Source: an uncultured Alphaproteobacteria bacterium (lineage in GTDB: Bacteria; Pseudomonadota; Alphaproteobacteria; Rhizobiales; Xanthobacteraceae). Taken from it: DNA of 64,000 bases. The stretch lies in NCBI GenBank assembly GCA_963841105.1, contig CAWJCB010000030.1:165325-229324 (forward strand), read 5' to 3'. Each line of letters starts with the position of its first letter. Position 1 is the first letter of the stretch. Below are positions 56,905-64,000 of the stretch, piece by piece. The position numbers and the translations under genes are program-made. Below the pieces are notes generated by a model. It had not been told where the DNA came from. It ran no database searches and was given only the letters and a program-made list of their open reading frames with translations.

Positions 56905-58357
56905 TCCGATGGGGCTCGTCGGCATAGTTGTCGCCTTAGGAGCTCTGATCTGGCTGGCCTACAAAGGTTGGAGCGTGCTTTTGCTCGCTCCAGCTGCGGC
57001 GCTCATTGCAGCGGCCGCGTCCCGCGAGCCGCTGCTTGCGCACTGGACGCAGACCTTCATGGGAAGCGCGGCACAGTTTGTGGCGCAATTCTTTCCCTTG
57101 TTCCTGCTTGGCGCGCTGTTCGGCAAGCTGATGGACGACAGCGGATCCGTGCAGGCCATTGCTCGCTCCATGAGCGAGCGACTGGGATCGCGCCGGGCAA
57201 TGCTTGCGGTGGTGCTGGCCGGAGCGATCGTCACTTACGGCGGAGTCAGCCTGTTTGTCGCCTTCTTCGTGCTGGCGCCCATGGCCCACGCGCTGTTTCG
57301 CGCCGCGGATATCCCGCGCCGGCTGATGCCCGCGGCAATCGCGTTGGGCACCTCCACTTTCACCATGTCGGCTCTTCCAGGAACACCCTCCATCCAAAAC
57401 GCAATCCCCATGCCGTTCTTCGGCACCACGCCATTCGCAGCGCCCGGCCTTGGAATCATCGCGTCAATCATCATGCTGGGCTTCGGGTTATGGTGGCTCG
57501 GGCGTGCTGAGGCCGTCGCTCGGAAAGCCGGCGAGGGCTATGGCGGCGAAGCAATCACCACTGTCGATGCCGGTGACCAGTTCATCCGCGAGCGTGCAAC
57601 GAACTCCCACGAGTTCGATCCCGCCGAAATTCCTCATGGTCATCACAGTGACGCTACGCCACCGATTTTTGCGGCCGTGCTGCCTCTGATCGTCGTCGTG
57701 AGCGTCAATCTTTTGATGTCGCTCCTCATCCTGCCCCGGGTCGATTTTTCTTTCCTGGCGGAGGAGCGCTGGGGCGGAACCTCGCTCTCCGCTGTCGCCG
57801 GCGTCTGGGCGGTGGCGGTCGCGCTTGCTGCCGCTACGGCGACGCTGATCATTGTCAATTATCGGCGTCTGCCTGCATTGCGCGCGAGCATGGATGCCGG
57901 CGCCAACGCTTCGGTGCTGCCCGTTCTAAGCGTTGCGAGTCTCGTCGGGTTCGGCGCCGTCGTCGCCGCATTGCCGGCCTTTGAATTGGTGCGCGACTGG
58001 GTGCTTTCGATCGGTGGTGGGCCGCTCGTTTCGCTGGCCACAGCAACAAACGTGCTTGCAGCTCTCACCGGCTCCGCGTCGGGCGGGCTGACAATTGCGC
58101 TCGATGCGCTCGGCGGCACTTACATGAGCATCGCTGCGCAAACCGGGATCGCTCCAGCGTTGATGCATCGGGTTGCGGTGATCGGCGCGGGAACGCTGGA
58201 CAGCCTGCCGCATAACGGCGCGGTGGTGACGCTGCTCGCGGTCTGCGGATCAACTCATCGCCAGAGCTACCGCGACATCGTCATCGTCGGGATTGTCGGC
58301 GCGCTGATCGCCCTTGCCGCGGTCATTGTGCTGGGGTCGGCGGTGGGATCGTTCTGA
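56897..58357 (+). CDS. GntP family permease (hydroxybutyrate/gluconate-type anion permease)
   Basis: ATG at 56897 overlaps the patatin stop by 8 nt. FFPLFLLGALFGKLMDDSG and PGTPSIQN. About 12 TM helices. Confidence 0.85.
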   Translation: MSDPMGLVGIVVALGALIWLAYKGWSVLLLAPAAALIAAAASREPLLAHWTQTFMGSAAQFVAQFFPLFLLGALFGKLMDDSGSVQAIARSMSERLGSRRAMLAVVLAGAIVTYGGVSLFVAFFVLAPMAHALFRAADIPRRLMPAAIALGTSTFTMSALPGTPSIQNAIPMPFFGTTPFAAPGLGIIASIIMLGFGLWWLGRAEAVARKAGEGYGGEAITTVDAGDQFIRERATNSHEFDPAEIPHGHHSDATPPIFAAVLPLIVVVSVNLLMSLLILPRVDFSFLAEERWGGTSLSAVAGVWAVAVALAAATATLIIVNYRRLPALRASMDAGANASVLPVLSVASLVGFGAVVAALPAFELVRDWVLSIGGGPLVSLATATNVLAALTGSASGGLTIALDALGGTYMSIAAQTGIAPALMHRVAVIGAGTLDSLPHNGAVVTLLAVCGSTHRQSYRDIVIVGIVGALIALAAVIVLGSAVGSF

Positions 58358-58695
58358 GAAGGTCATGATGCCGGCACGCAGATCAGACACCGCCTGCGCG
58401 AGCACGGCGCGCGCTTCCCGAAGGTCCTTGCCGCGATTCTGGGTCCGCCTCGACACGCCGGCCTTCACTTCGGCAGATCGATCGAGCAGATCGACGGCTG
58501 GCTTCGGCAATGGCCGGCGGCAAGTCTCTCCCTCCTGGCGGTAGCGATCCTTCTTGGCGCGGCACTGACGGCCGCGCGCTGAGGCTGGTCCTGGTGAACC
58601 GCACGCAGCGACAGTTCGCAATGACGCGCCAGCTGCTGTTTCAGCTGGTATAACTGCCCTGCGCGACGGTCGCGCCGACGGAAGGGATCAGCGCC

Positions 58696-59598
58696 ATGGC
58701 GAGACGAGAGATCCTCGATCGCTTCCAGAAGTATGTTGATCCCTTCCGTATCACAAAGGGCAAGGGCTTCCGTCTGAAGAACTTCGATCCCGCGGATACG
58801 TGCGGCCTCCAGCTGGGTAAGGGGGAGGCGGCCGATCTGCTTGCGCGCGGCACCGAGTGGCTCGCAGAAGAGCAGGACATGCTCTACGCCCAGGACTGCT
58901 GGTCGCTGCTGCTCGTGTTTCAGGCGATGGATGCCGCCGGCAAGGACAGCACGATCAAGCATGTCATGTCGGGCGTCAATCCGCAGGGCTGTCAGGTGTT
59001 CTCGTTCAAGGTGCCTTCTTCGGAGGACCTCAATCACGATTTCATGTGGCGCTACGTCAAGTACCTGCCGGAGCGTGGCCGCATCGGCATCTTCAACCGT
59101 TCGTACTACGAGGAGACCCTCGTCGTGCGCGTGCACCCCGAGGTCTTGAAGCGGCAACGGCTGCCCTCGCAGAACGTCGGCAAGCAAATATGGGACGAGC
59201 GACTTGCCGACATCGCGCGCTTCGAGGATTACCTCACGCGGCAGGGAACGATCATCCTCAAGTTCTTTCTGCACGTGTCCCGCGCGGAACAGAAGAAGCG
59301 CTTCATGCAGCGGTTGGAGCGGCCGCAGAAGCACTGGAAGTTCTCTTCCGCCGATATCCGCGAGCGGGGCTTCTGGGCCGACTACATGCACGCATTCGAG
59401 GAGGCAATCCGCGCCACCGCAACGCCGCATGCGCCGTGGTTCATCGTGCCCGCCGACAACAAATGGTTCACCCGCCTCATCGTCGCCGCCGCGATCGTGG
59501 AAGCGGTGGAGAAGCTTGACCTCAGCTACCCGAAGATCGATGCGGCAAAGAAGAAGGAGCTGGTCGCGGCGCGGGCGGCGCTCGCCGGCGAGAAGTAG
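58696..59598 (+). CDS. ppk2: polyphosphate kinase 2 family protein
   Basis: Walker A-like FQAMDAAGKDSTI, the FNRSYYEE lid region and WKFS..D. 300 aa. GGAAGGGA RBS. Confidence 0.9.
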   Translation: MARREILDRFQKYVDPFRITKGKGFRLKNFDPADTCGLQLGKGEAADLLARGTEWLAEEQDMLYAQDCWSLLLVFQAMDAAGKDSTIKHVMSGVNPQGCQVFSFKVPSSEDLNHDFMWRYVKYLPERGRIGIFNRSYYEETLVVRVHPEVLKRQRLPSQNVGKQIWDERLADIARFEDYLTRQGTIILKFFLHVSRAEQKKRFMQRLERPQKHWKFSSADIRERGFWADYMHAFEEAIRATATPHAPWFIVPADNKWFTRLIVAAAIVEAVEKLDLSYPKIDAAKKKELVAARAALAGEK

Positions 59599-59640
59599 GT
59601 GGCCCGATCGGGCCGCGCGGGTATCTTGGGAGGGCTTTCG

Positions 59641-60203
59641 ATGAGTGAACCCGAATTGACGAAAAACGCAGTCGGGATACCCGTTCGTCCCCGCAACGCG
59701 GGCCTTTTGCAGCGGAAGTTGCCCTACATCGCCGTGCTCACGCTGGCGGTTTCGGGCGTGCCTACACAAACATTTCGCACCAGCCTCTCGTTGGCTATTG
59801 GGAGTTCTTGGCTCTGGCGACAGGGGTTCTCTGCATCGTAACGGAATGGGAAAATGCCGACGATAAGCAAGCTCGCTTTCGGCTGATGTGGACGCAGGCG
59901 CTCCACTGGGTCGCTATTCTGGTCACGATGAATATCGTGCTGTTGTCCGGCGTTCAGAAAATGCTGCCCGCGCCGGCGACCAGCCTGGTGCTTTTGACAT
60001 TGCTCGCGCTCGGCACTTTTCTTGCTGGAGTCAATCTTCTGTCCTTGCAAATCTGCTTTCTGGCCCTCGCCATGGCTCTCGCCGTGCCGGCGATCGCGTG
60101 GTTCAAGCAGTCCGCGCTCTTTTTGGTTTTGGCCGCAATATTCTTGATCGGACTTGGCATGGCATTCTGGCCGCGCCGGACCGATGAGCGCACCGTAAAT
60201 TGA
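59641..60203 (+). pseudogene. conserved-looking polytopic membrane protein, reading frame broken near 59760
   Basis: MSEPELTKNAVGIPVRPRNAGLLQRKLPYIAVLTLAVSGV (frame of ORF 59599..59841) continues sensibly only in the frame of ORF 59808..60203 (AYTNISHQPLVGYWEFLALATGVLCIV...). Confidence 0.6.
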
Positions 60204-60259
60204 AGCGTGTTCCGGTGAGATTGACGCCCGTGTAGGGTATGCAAAGGCGCGAAACTGGT

Positions 60260-60357
60260 CATTCCGGGCGCCGCGAAGCGGCGAACCCGGAAACCATAAC
60301 CTCGAACTATGGTTATGGGTCTCGGGGTCTCTCGACCTTCGGCCTCGCCCCGGAATG
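60260..60357. repeat. compound palindromic intergenic repeat
   Basis: Outer arms CATTCCGGGCG / CGCCCCGGAATG. Inner hairpins CGCCGCGAAGCGGCG and CCATAAC..GTTATGG. Confidence 0.55.
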
Positions 60358-60539
60358 GCTACGCGTATGATTCAAATCTCGAAAACGCCGCGCTAGAGTG
60401 AACCCGCCGTTGACGGTCACACTATTTGTATCTACTCGCATGTAAGCTGTTTTTAGCAGATGTCCGTCACTCCCCTGCAAGGCGAATGCCGACACTGCTG
60501 ATCACTGAAGGTCCTGCCAAGTAAACAAGGAGAATCTCG

Positions 60540-60923
60540 ATGTTGTTCTTCTCAGAAGGCTTCACGTTCCGCAATTTCCTTGCCGACGCCTTCGCGGTGT
60601 TTATGTTCGTCCTATGGTTCTGGCTGCTCATCATCGTCATAAGCGACCTGTTTCGGCGTCATGACGTATCCGGCTGGGTCAAGGCGATATGGGTGATCGC
60701 CCTGGTCGTGTTCCCCTACCTTGGCATATTCGCGTACATGATCACTCAATCGAGAGGCATGGCCGAACGAAGCGGCCAGCAAGCTGCGCAGGCGCGCGAC
60801 GAGCTGCGTCGCGTGGTGGGCTTCAGCGCCGCTGACGAGATCGAGAAGCTTGACCGGCTCAAGAAATCAGGGTCGATCACCGACCAGGAGTTTACGCGGC
60901 TTCGCGCCAAGCTGGTTGCGTAA
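60540..60923 (+). CDS. PLDc_N (PLD nuclease N-terminal-like) membrane domain protein with C-terminal SHOCT domain
   Basis: Two TM helices with the WFWLLIIVISDLFRR / KAIWVIALVVFPYLGIFAY pattern. C-terminal SAADEIEKLDRLKKSGSITDQEFTRLRAKL (SHOCT). AAGGAGA RBS. Confidence 0.8.
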   Translation: MLFFSEGFTFRNFLADAFAVFMFVLWFWLLIIVISDLFRRHDVSGWVKAIWVIALVVFPYLGIFAYMITQSRGMAERSGQQAAQARDELRRVVGFSAADEIEKLDRLKKSGSITDQEFTRLRAKLVA

Positions 60924-60939
60924 TCGGGGTAGCATTCTT

Positions 60940-60985
60940 GGTCCGGGCGGAGACCCGTCGGTTACCGCCCGGGACCGTTCCTTTT
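60940..60985 (+). terminator. rho-independent terminator after the PLDc_N/SHOCT gene
   Basis: GGTCCGGGCGG (60940-60950) pairs with CCGCCCGGGACC (60965-60976) with one bulge, followed by GTTCCTTTT. Confidence 0.55.
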
Positions 60986-61050
60986 AGTGTAGGCTCGGAA
61001 GGTCTCGAGATGATCTTGTGCCTTGAATTGCGCGAAGGCGGGAGGCCGCG

Positions 61051-61338
61051 ATGCCGTCACTCAGTCAATTCATCGTCTGGATTGTCATAGGTCTGCTTGG
61101 CGGAAGCCTTGCCGGGCTGATCATTACCTGGGACCGCAAGGGGTTTGGCCTTCTCCGGAATCTGGGGGTGGGACTCATTGGAGCTTTGGTGGGTGGCCTG
61201 CTGTTCCGCATGTTCGGGCTTTTCCCCGGGCTGGACAGCGTGGCGATCTCGTTGCGCGATATCGTGGCGGCTTTCGTCGGATCGCTCATCGTCCTCGCAG
61301 CCTTCTGGCTTTGGCAGCGTTACAGCAAATCCGTATAA
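61051..61338 (+). CDS. GlsB/YeaQ/YmgE family stress-response membrane protein
   Basis: IVWIVIGLLGGSLAG, GVGLIGALVGGLLF and AFVGSLIVLAAF. Three glycine-zipper TM helices. 95 aa. Confidence 0.85.
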   Translation: MPSLSQFIVWIVIGLLGGSLAGLIITWDRKGFGLLRNLGVGLIGALVGGLLFRMFGLFPGLDSVAISLRDIVAAFVGSLIVLAAFWLWQRYSKSV

Positions 61339-61437
61339 TTCCTCAACAAGCGCGCCGCGTTGCGCGTCCCGCCATCTTGGATGAATGAAGCTCTGCCGCC
61401 CGTGGGCGTGTGCACCTGCGGAGAACCTGGAGATAGC

Positions 61438-61965
61438 ATGTCCATACCTTGCAAATTCGAGCGCAGCATTCTCAGTTACGACGAGCATGAGATCGTCATG
61501 CAGAGCCACCATCCCAACGTCTACGACGTCGGGCTAGATGACCTCAGGGCGTTGCGCCAGCGACTGCGCGACATGCGCGGTCGGGAGCGCACTCTGGCTC
61601 GCGAGAAGCGCCGTGAAACGCGCGGAAAGGCGGCGCCAAGAGGCGCAAGCTTCCCTGGCACATCCGAGCATCCCCTGCGGCGCAAGCAGGCGTTCGCGGC
61701 GGCGCTCAAACGCGTCAACAAGGAGATCGACCGCATGCAGAAGCTGGAGGCGCGATCTGCACATGTCGCGGCGGCCCACCGCGCGCTGGCCATGCGCCGT
61801 GCGGCGCAGTTTCCGCCGCGTCCCCCAACCGGCAACGTGGCCGGCCAAGGCATGCGTCCGCTGCCAAGTCAACGGCGGCTAACAAGAGTATCCCCTGCAA
61901 AGATCGGCGTGGTATCACAAGCCACAAAGAATGCGCAGGCCGCTCACGACGCCCGCAACAAGTAA
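61438..61965 (+). CDS. hypothetical protein, Arg/Ala-rich helical (175 aa)
   Basis: ATG at 61438 with GGAGA RBS. Coding-like third-position GC. No domain recognised. Confidence 0.5.
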   Translation: MSIPCKFERSILSYDEHEIVMQSHHPNVYDVGLDDLRALRQRLRDMRGRERTLAREKRRETRGKAAPRGASFPGTSEHPLRRKQAFAAALKRVNKEIDRMQKLEARSAHVAAAHRALAMRRAAQFPPRPPTGNVAGQGMRPLPSQRRLTRVSPAKIGVVSQATKNAQAAHDARNK

Positions 61966-61990
61966 CGTCGAGAACTCTCGCCGGCGAGGC

Positions 61991-62212
61991 TCACAAAGGA
62001 ACAACCTGCACCGACACTTCCATTCGGTCGAAAGCGTTCGGGTCCACTTCCCAGACGCCGGACAGGGGTGAAGCCTTCTTCTGCTCGCGGGCCACCGCTA
62101 CGGAGATGTGCTCGCCACTCATCGGCCTCCTGAGCGCAAGCATCATGCGCAATGTCGTCGACAACCGGATCGTTCCGCCCGCGCTGAAGGCGCGGTCGAT
62201 CTTCTCGGGCAC
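61991..62212 (-). CDS. hypothetical small protein (73 aa)
   Basis: High third-position GC throughout. No recognisable motif. Start uncertain. Confidence 0.3.
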   Translation of the reverse strand: MPEKIDRAFSAGGTIRLSTTLRMMLALRRPMSGEHISVAVAREQKKASPLSGVWEVDPNAFDRMEVSVQVVPL

Positions 62213-62249
62213 AGACCCGCTCAGACATATTTGCGGGCACGCAAGGCAT

Positions 62250-62278
62250 GGATGGCCGCGACGAGCGCGGCCATGACG
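62250..62278. repeat. REP unit, same family as 29333-29361
   Basis: GGATGGCCGCGACGAGCGCGGCCATGACG. Confidence 0.65.
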
Positions 62279-62307
62279 GAAATCGTGTCACCCCGACCGA
62301 AACGCGT

Positions 62308-62508
62308 TCAGAGAACTGCGGATGCCGACAGTTCTCTCTCTGCCGGCTCCTTCACCCGAAAGCAGGCAACGTATAGCGCCCGCTCGATCAAGGCCTCACG
62401 GGACGGTGCCTCGGTGGTCATCCGGCCCTGCGCGCTGGTCGCAACCCAGACGTGGGCATCCGCGTCGTGAAATGCGTCGAAGGATAGATTAAGCCGCCCA
62501 TCGCTCAT
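62308..62508 (-). CDS. DUF1902-like small protein (HicB-N-like fold)
   Basis: LSFDAFHDADAHVWVATSAQGRMTTEAPSREALIERA resembles the DUF1902 pattern (wDeEa.VWvA.S....gl.tEA.t.eeL). The stop is embedded in an 8-bp hairpin, GAGAACTG/CAGTTCTC. Confidence 0.45.
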   Translation of the reverse strand: MSDGRLNLSFDAFHDADAHVWVATSAQGRMTTEAPSREALIERALYVACFRVKEPAERELSASAVL

Positions 62509-62582
62509 GGTTGGATCTTGCGGCTGACCCCCCCGCTGTCAATAGTCGTCAGAGTTATTCCGCCCCTGGGCGTGCGCGCGGC

Positions 62583-63305
62583 TTAGATTTCACCCAGATA
62601 GGCTTCACGGACTTTCGGATCCTGGGCAATACTGTCGGCGGGACCGGACAGCGCGACGCGGCCGCGATCGATCACGAACGCGCGCTGCGAAAGCTCGAGC
62701 GCGGCGAGCACATCCTGCTCGACAAGCAGAATTGTCAGTTCCCGTTCCTGTTGAATGCGCACCAGCGCCTCGCTGAGCTCCTCCACGGCTCGCGGCGCCA
62801 GGCCAAGCGACAGCTCGTCGATCATCAGGAGCTTCGGACGGCTCATGACGCCGCGCCCAATCGCGCACATCTGTTGCTGACCGCCGGAGAGCGTGCCGGC
62901 CTCCTGCCGGCGTCGTTCACCCAGCATCGGGAACAGGTCATAGACCTGGGCGAGATCGCGCCGCACCTGCGCCTCATCGTGCCGCAGATATGCGCCCATG
63001 CGCAGATTGTCCTCGACGCTCAGCACCGAGAAGAGGCGGCGCCCTTCCGGCACATGCGCGACCCCGGCCGCAAGAATCTGCGCCGGAGCCGCACCGGTAA
63101 GATCCCGGCCATCAATCATCACCTGCCCGGACCAGACCGGGACCAGACCGGAGATCGCGCGCAACAACGTGCTCTTCCCGGCGCCGTTGGAGCCGATCAC
63201 GCAGACGATCTCGCCCGCCGCAACGTCGAGATCGACGCCCCAGAGGACCTGCACTTCTCCATAACCGGACACGAGTTGCGAAACTTGCAGACGCGGCGCC
63301 GTCAT
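62583..63305 (-). CDS. livF: branched-chain amino acid ABC transporter ATP-binding protein (LivF-type)
   Basis: Walker A GSNGAGKST, signature LSGGQQQM, Walker B LLMIDELSLGLAP. 240 aa. Overlaps the upstream gene by 4 nt. Confidence 0.88.
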   Translation of the reverse strand: MTAPRLQVSQLVSGYGEVQVLWGVDLDVAAGEIVCVIGSNGAGKSTLLRAISGLVPVWSGQVMIDGRDLTGAAPAQILAAGVAHVPEGRRLFSVLSVEDNLRMGAYLRHDEAQVRRDLAQVYDLFPMLGERRRQEAGTLSGGQQQMCAIGRGVMSRPKLLMIDELSLGLAPRAVEELSEALVRIQQERELTILLVEQDVLAALELSQRAFVIDRGRVALSGPADSIAQDPKVREAYLGEI

Positions 63306-64000
63306 CGCGTTCGCCCGCTGCTCGCCTGCACATAGCGCTTGCCGAGGTAGGCTTCGGCGACAAGAGGATCGCGCACCACCGCCTGCGGCGATCCGTCCGC
63401 AATAAGCTGGCCATGGTGCAGAACGACGAGCCTGGTGCAGACGGACAGGACGACCTTCATCAGGTGCTCGATCACCACGATGGTGACGCCCGTGGCGGCG
63501 ACCCTGCTGATCAACTGCAAAGCGTCGTTGATCTCGGCCGGATTAAGCCCGGCATTGACCTCGTCGAGAAACAAGAGCTTGGGCCGCATGGCGAGGCTCT
63601 TGGCAAATTCGAGACGCTTGCGGCGCGCCAAGGTCAGCGTTTCGGCCGGCTGATCGAATTGATCTGCAATGCCCACCTCCTCGGCCAGGGTCGATGCCCG
63701 GCTGCGCGCTTCCGTCAGCGTCCGGGCTCCGCCGGCAAACAGTGTACCGGCTGCGATATTCTCCCCGACCGTCATGCGCGGAAACGGTTGCACGATCTGA
63801 AAGGTGCGGGCGATCCCAAGCCGGGCAATCGCGTTCGGGGAAAGCCGCGTGATGTCGCGACCGTTGGACAGCACGCGGCCGCGCGTCGCCGGGAACATGG
63901 CCGTGACCACATTCACCAGCGTCGTTTTGCCGGCGCCGTTCGGGCCGATCAATCCGACGACCTCTCCCGCCGTCACAGTGAGCGAAATGTCATCGATCGC
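63302..64000 (-). CDS. livG: branched-chain amino acid ABC transporter ATP-binding protein (LivG-type); N-terminus beyond the window
   Basis: Walker A GPNGAGKTT, Walker B LLFLDEVNAGLNP. The frame stays open to base 64000. Confidence 0.85.
   Translation of the reverse strand, partial: AIDDISLTVTAGEVVGLIGPNGAGKTTLVNVVTAMFPATRGRVLSNGRDITRLSPNAIARLGIARTFQIVQPFPRMTVGENIAAGTLFAGGARTLTEARSRASTLAEEVGIADQFDQPAETLTLARRKRLEFAKSLAMRPKLLFLDEVNAGLNPAEINDALQLISRVAATGVTIVVIEHLMKVVLSVCTRLVVLHHGQLIADGSPQAVVRDPLVAEAYLGKRYVQASSGRTR

Noticed and set aside
58358-58695. Possible small minus-strand gene in the gap between the GntP and ppk2 genes (helical-looking AVDLLDRSAEVKAGVSRRTQNRGKDLREARAVLAQAV)
   Set aside because: There is no credible start codon or RBS. 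The frame only closes 108 nt inside the GntP gene, and a second frame is equally open. I cannot distinguish this from GC-driven open frames, so it is left unannotated.
58465-59769. 434-aa minus-strand ORF
   Set aside because: It is antisense to ppk2, whose Walker A/lid motifs make the plus-strand call secure. The same reasoning applies to 43158..44483 (+) and 50567..51574 (+), which are antisense to real genes.
1-64000. Search for rRNA, tRNA, tmRNA, CRISPR arrays, IS elements and prophage genes
   Set aside because: I found no T-loop-like GGTTCGAATCC motifs, no regularly spaced direct repeats, and no transposase/integrase/capsid-like ORFs. This was visual inspection only, so tRNAscan, Infernal or CRISPR finders could still pick up something small.

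Overview
This is a high-GC chromosomal segment that looks alphaproteobacterial. It resembles Nitrobacteraceae/Bradyrhizobiaceae most closely; that is my inference from the REP-type hairpin repeats, an ABC_sub_bind solute-binding protein and a PhyR-NepR-EcfG locus. I support about 62 protein-coding genes. By eye I found no rRNA, tRNA, CRISPR array, IS element, integrase or prophage.

Gene content:
- A catabolic/transport block at 1-5.6 kb: gamma-resorcylate-decarboxylase-like amidohydrolase, GST, TRAP DctPQM and a BKACE enzyme.
- A secreted protein made of three tandem DUF4399-like modules, followed by a peptidoglycan-binding protein and a class II Fic protein.
- Housekeeping genes: lepA, tlyA, an RNA methyltransferase, ribBA-like, aroC, pdxH, corA and kup.
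- A solute-binding protein / IlvD-type dehydratase / LLM / extradiol-dioxygenase operon.
- A CrbS/CrbR-like transporter-fused hybrid kinase with a LuxR-type regulator.
- The general stress response core (ecfG-nepR / phyR), with three consensus EcfG promoters readable in the DNA.
- A cluster of small stress-type membrane proteins at 59.6-62.5 kb.
- The start of a liv-type ABC operon at the 3' edge.

Most striking sequence-level observations:
1. Five conserved genes are each broken by a single-base indel, and LepA carries a P-loop Ser-to-Leu change.
2. Several REP/BIME-like palindromic repeat families are present, including one unit with terminal inverted repeats and one flanked by a 20-bp direct repeat.
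3. A 24-bp perfect inverted repeat is built from heptamers.
4. A C11 homopolymer lies inside an antitoxin-like remnant.
5. A 17-bp perfect tandem duplication spans a gene junction.

I see no unambiguous new multi-gene system. The best candidates for follow-up are listed as findings with modest scores.
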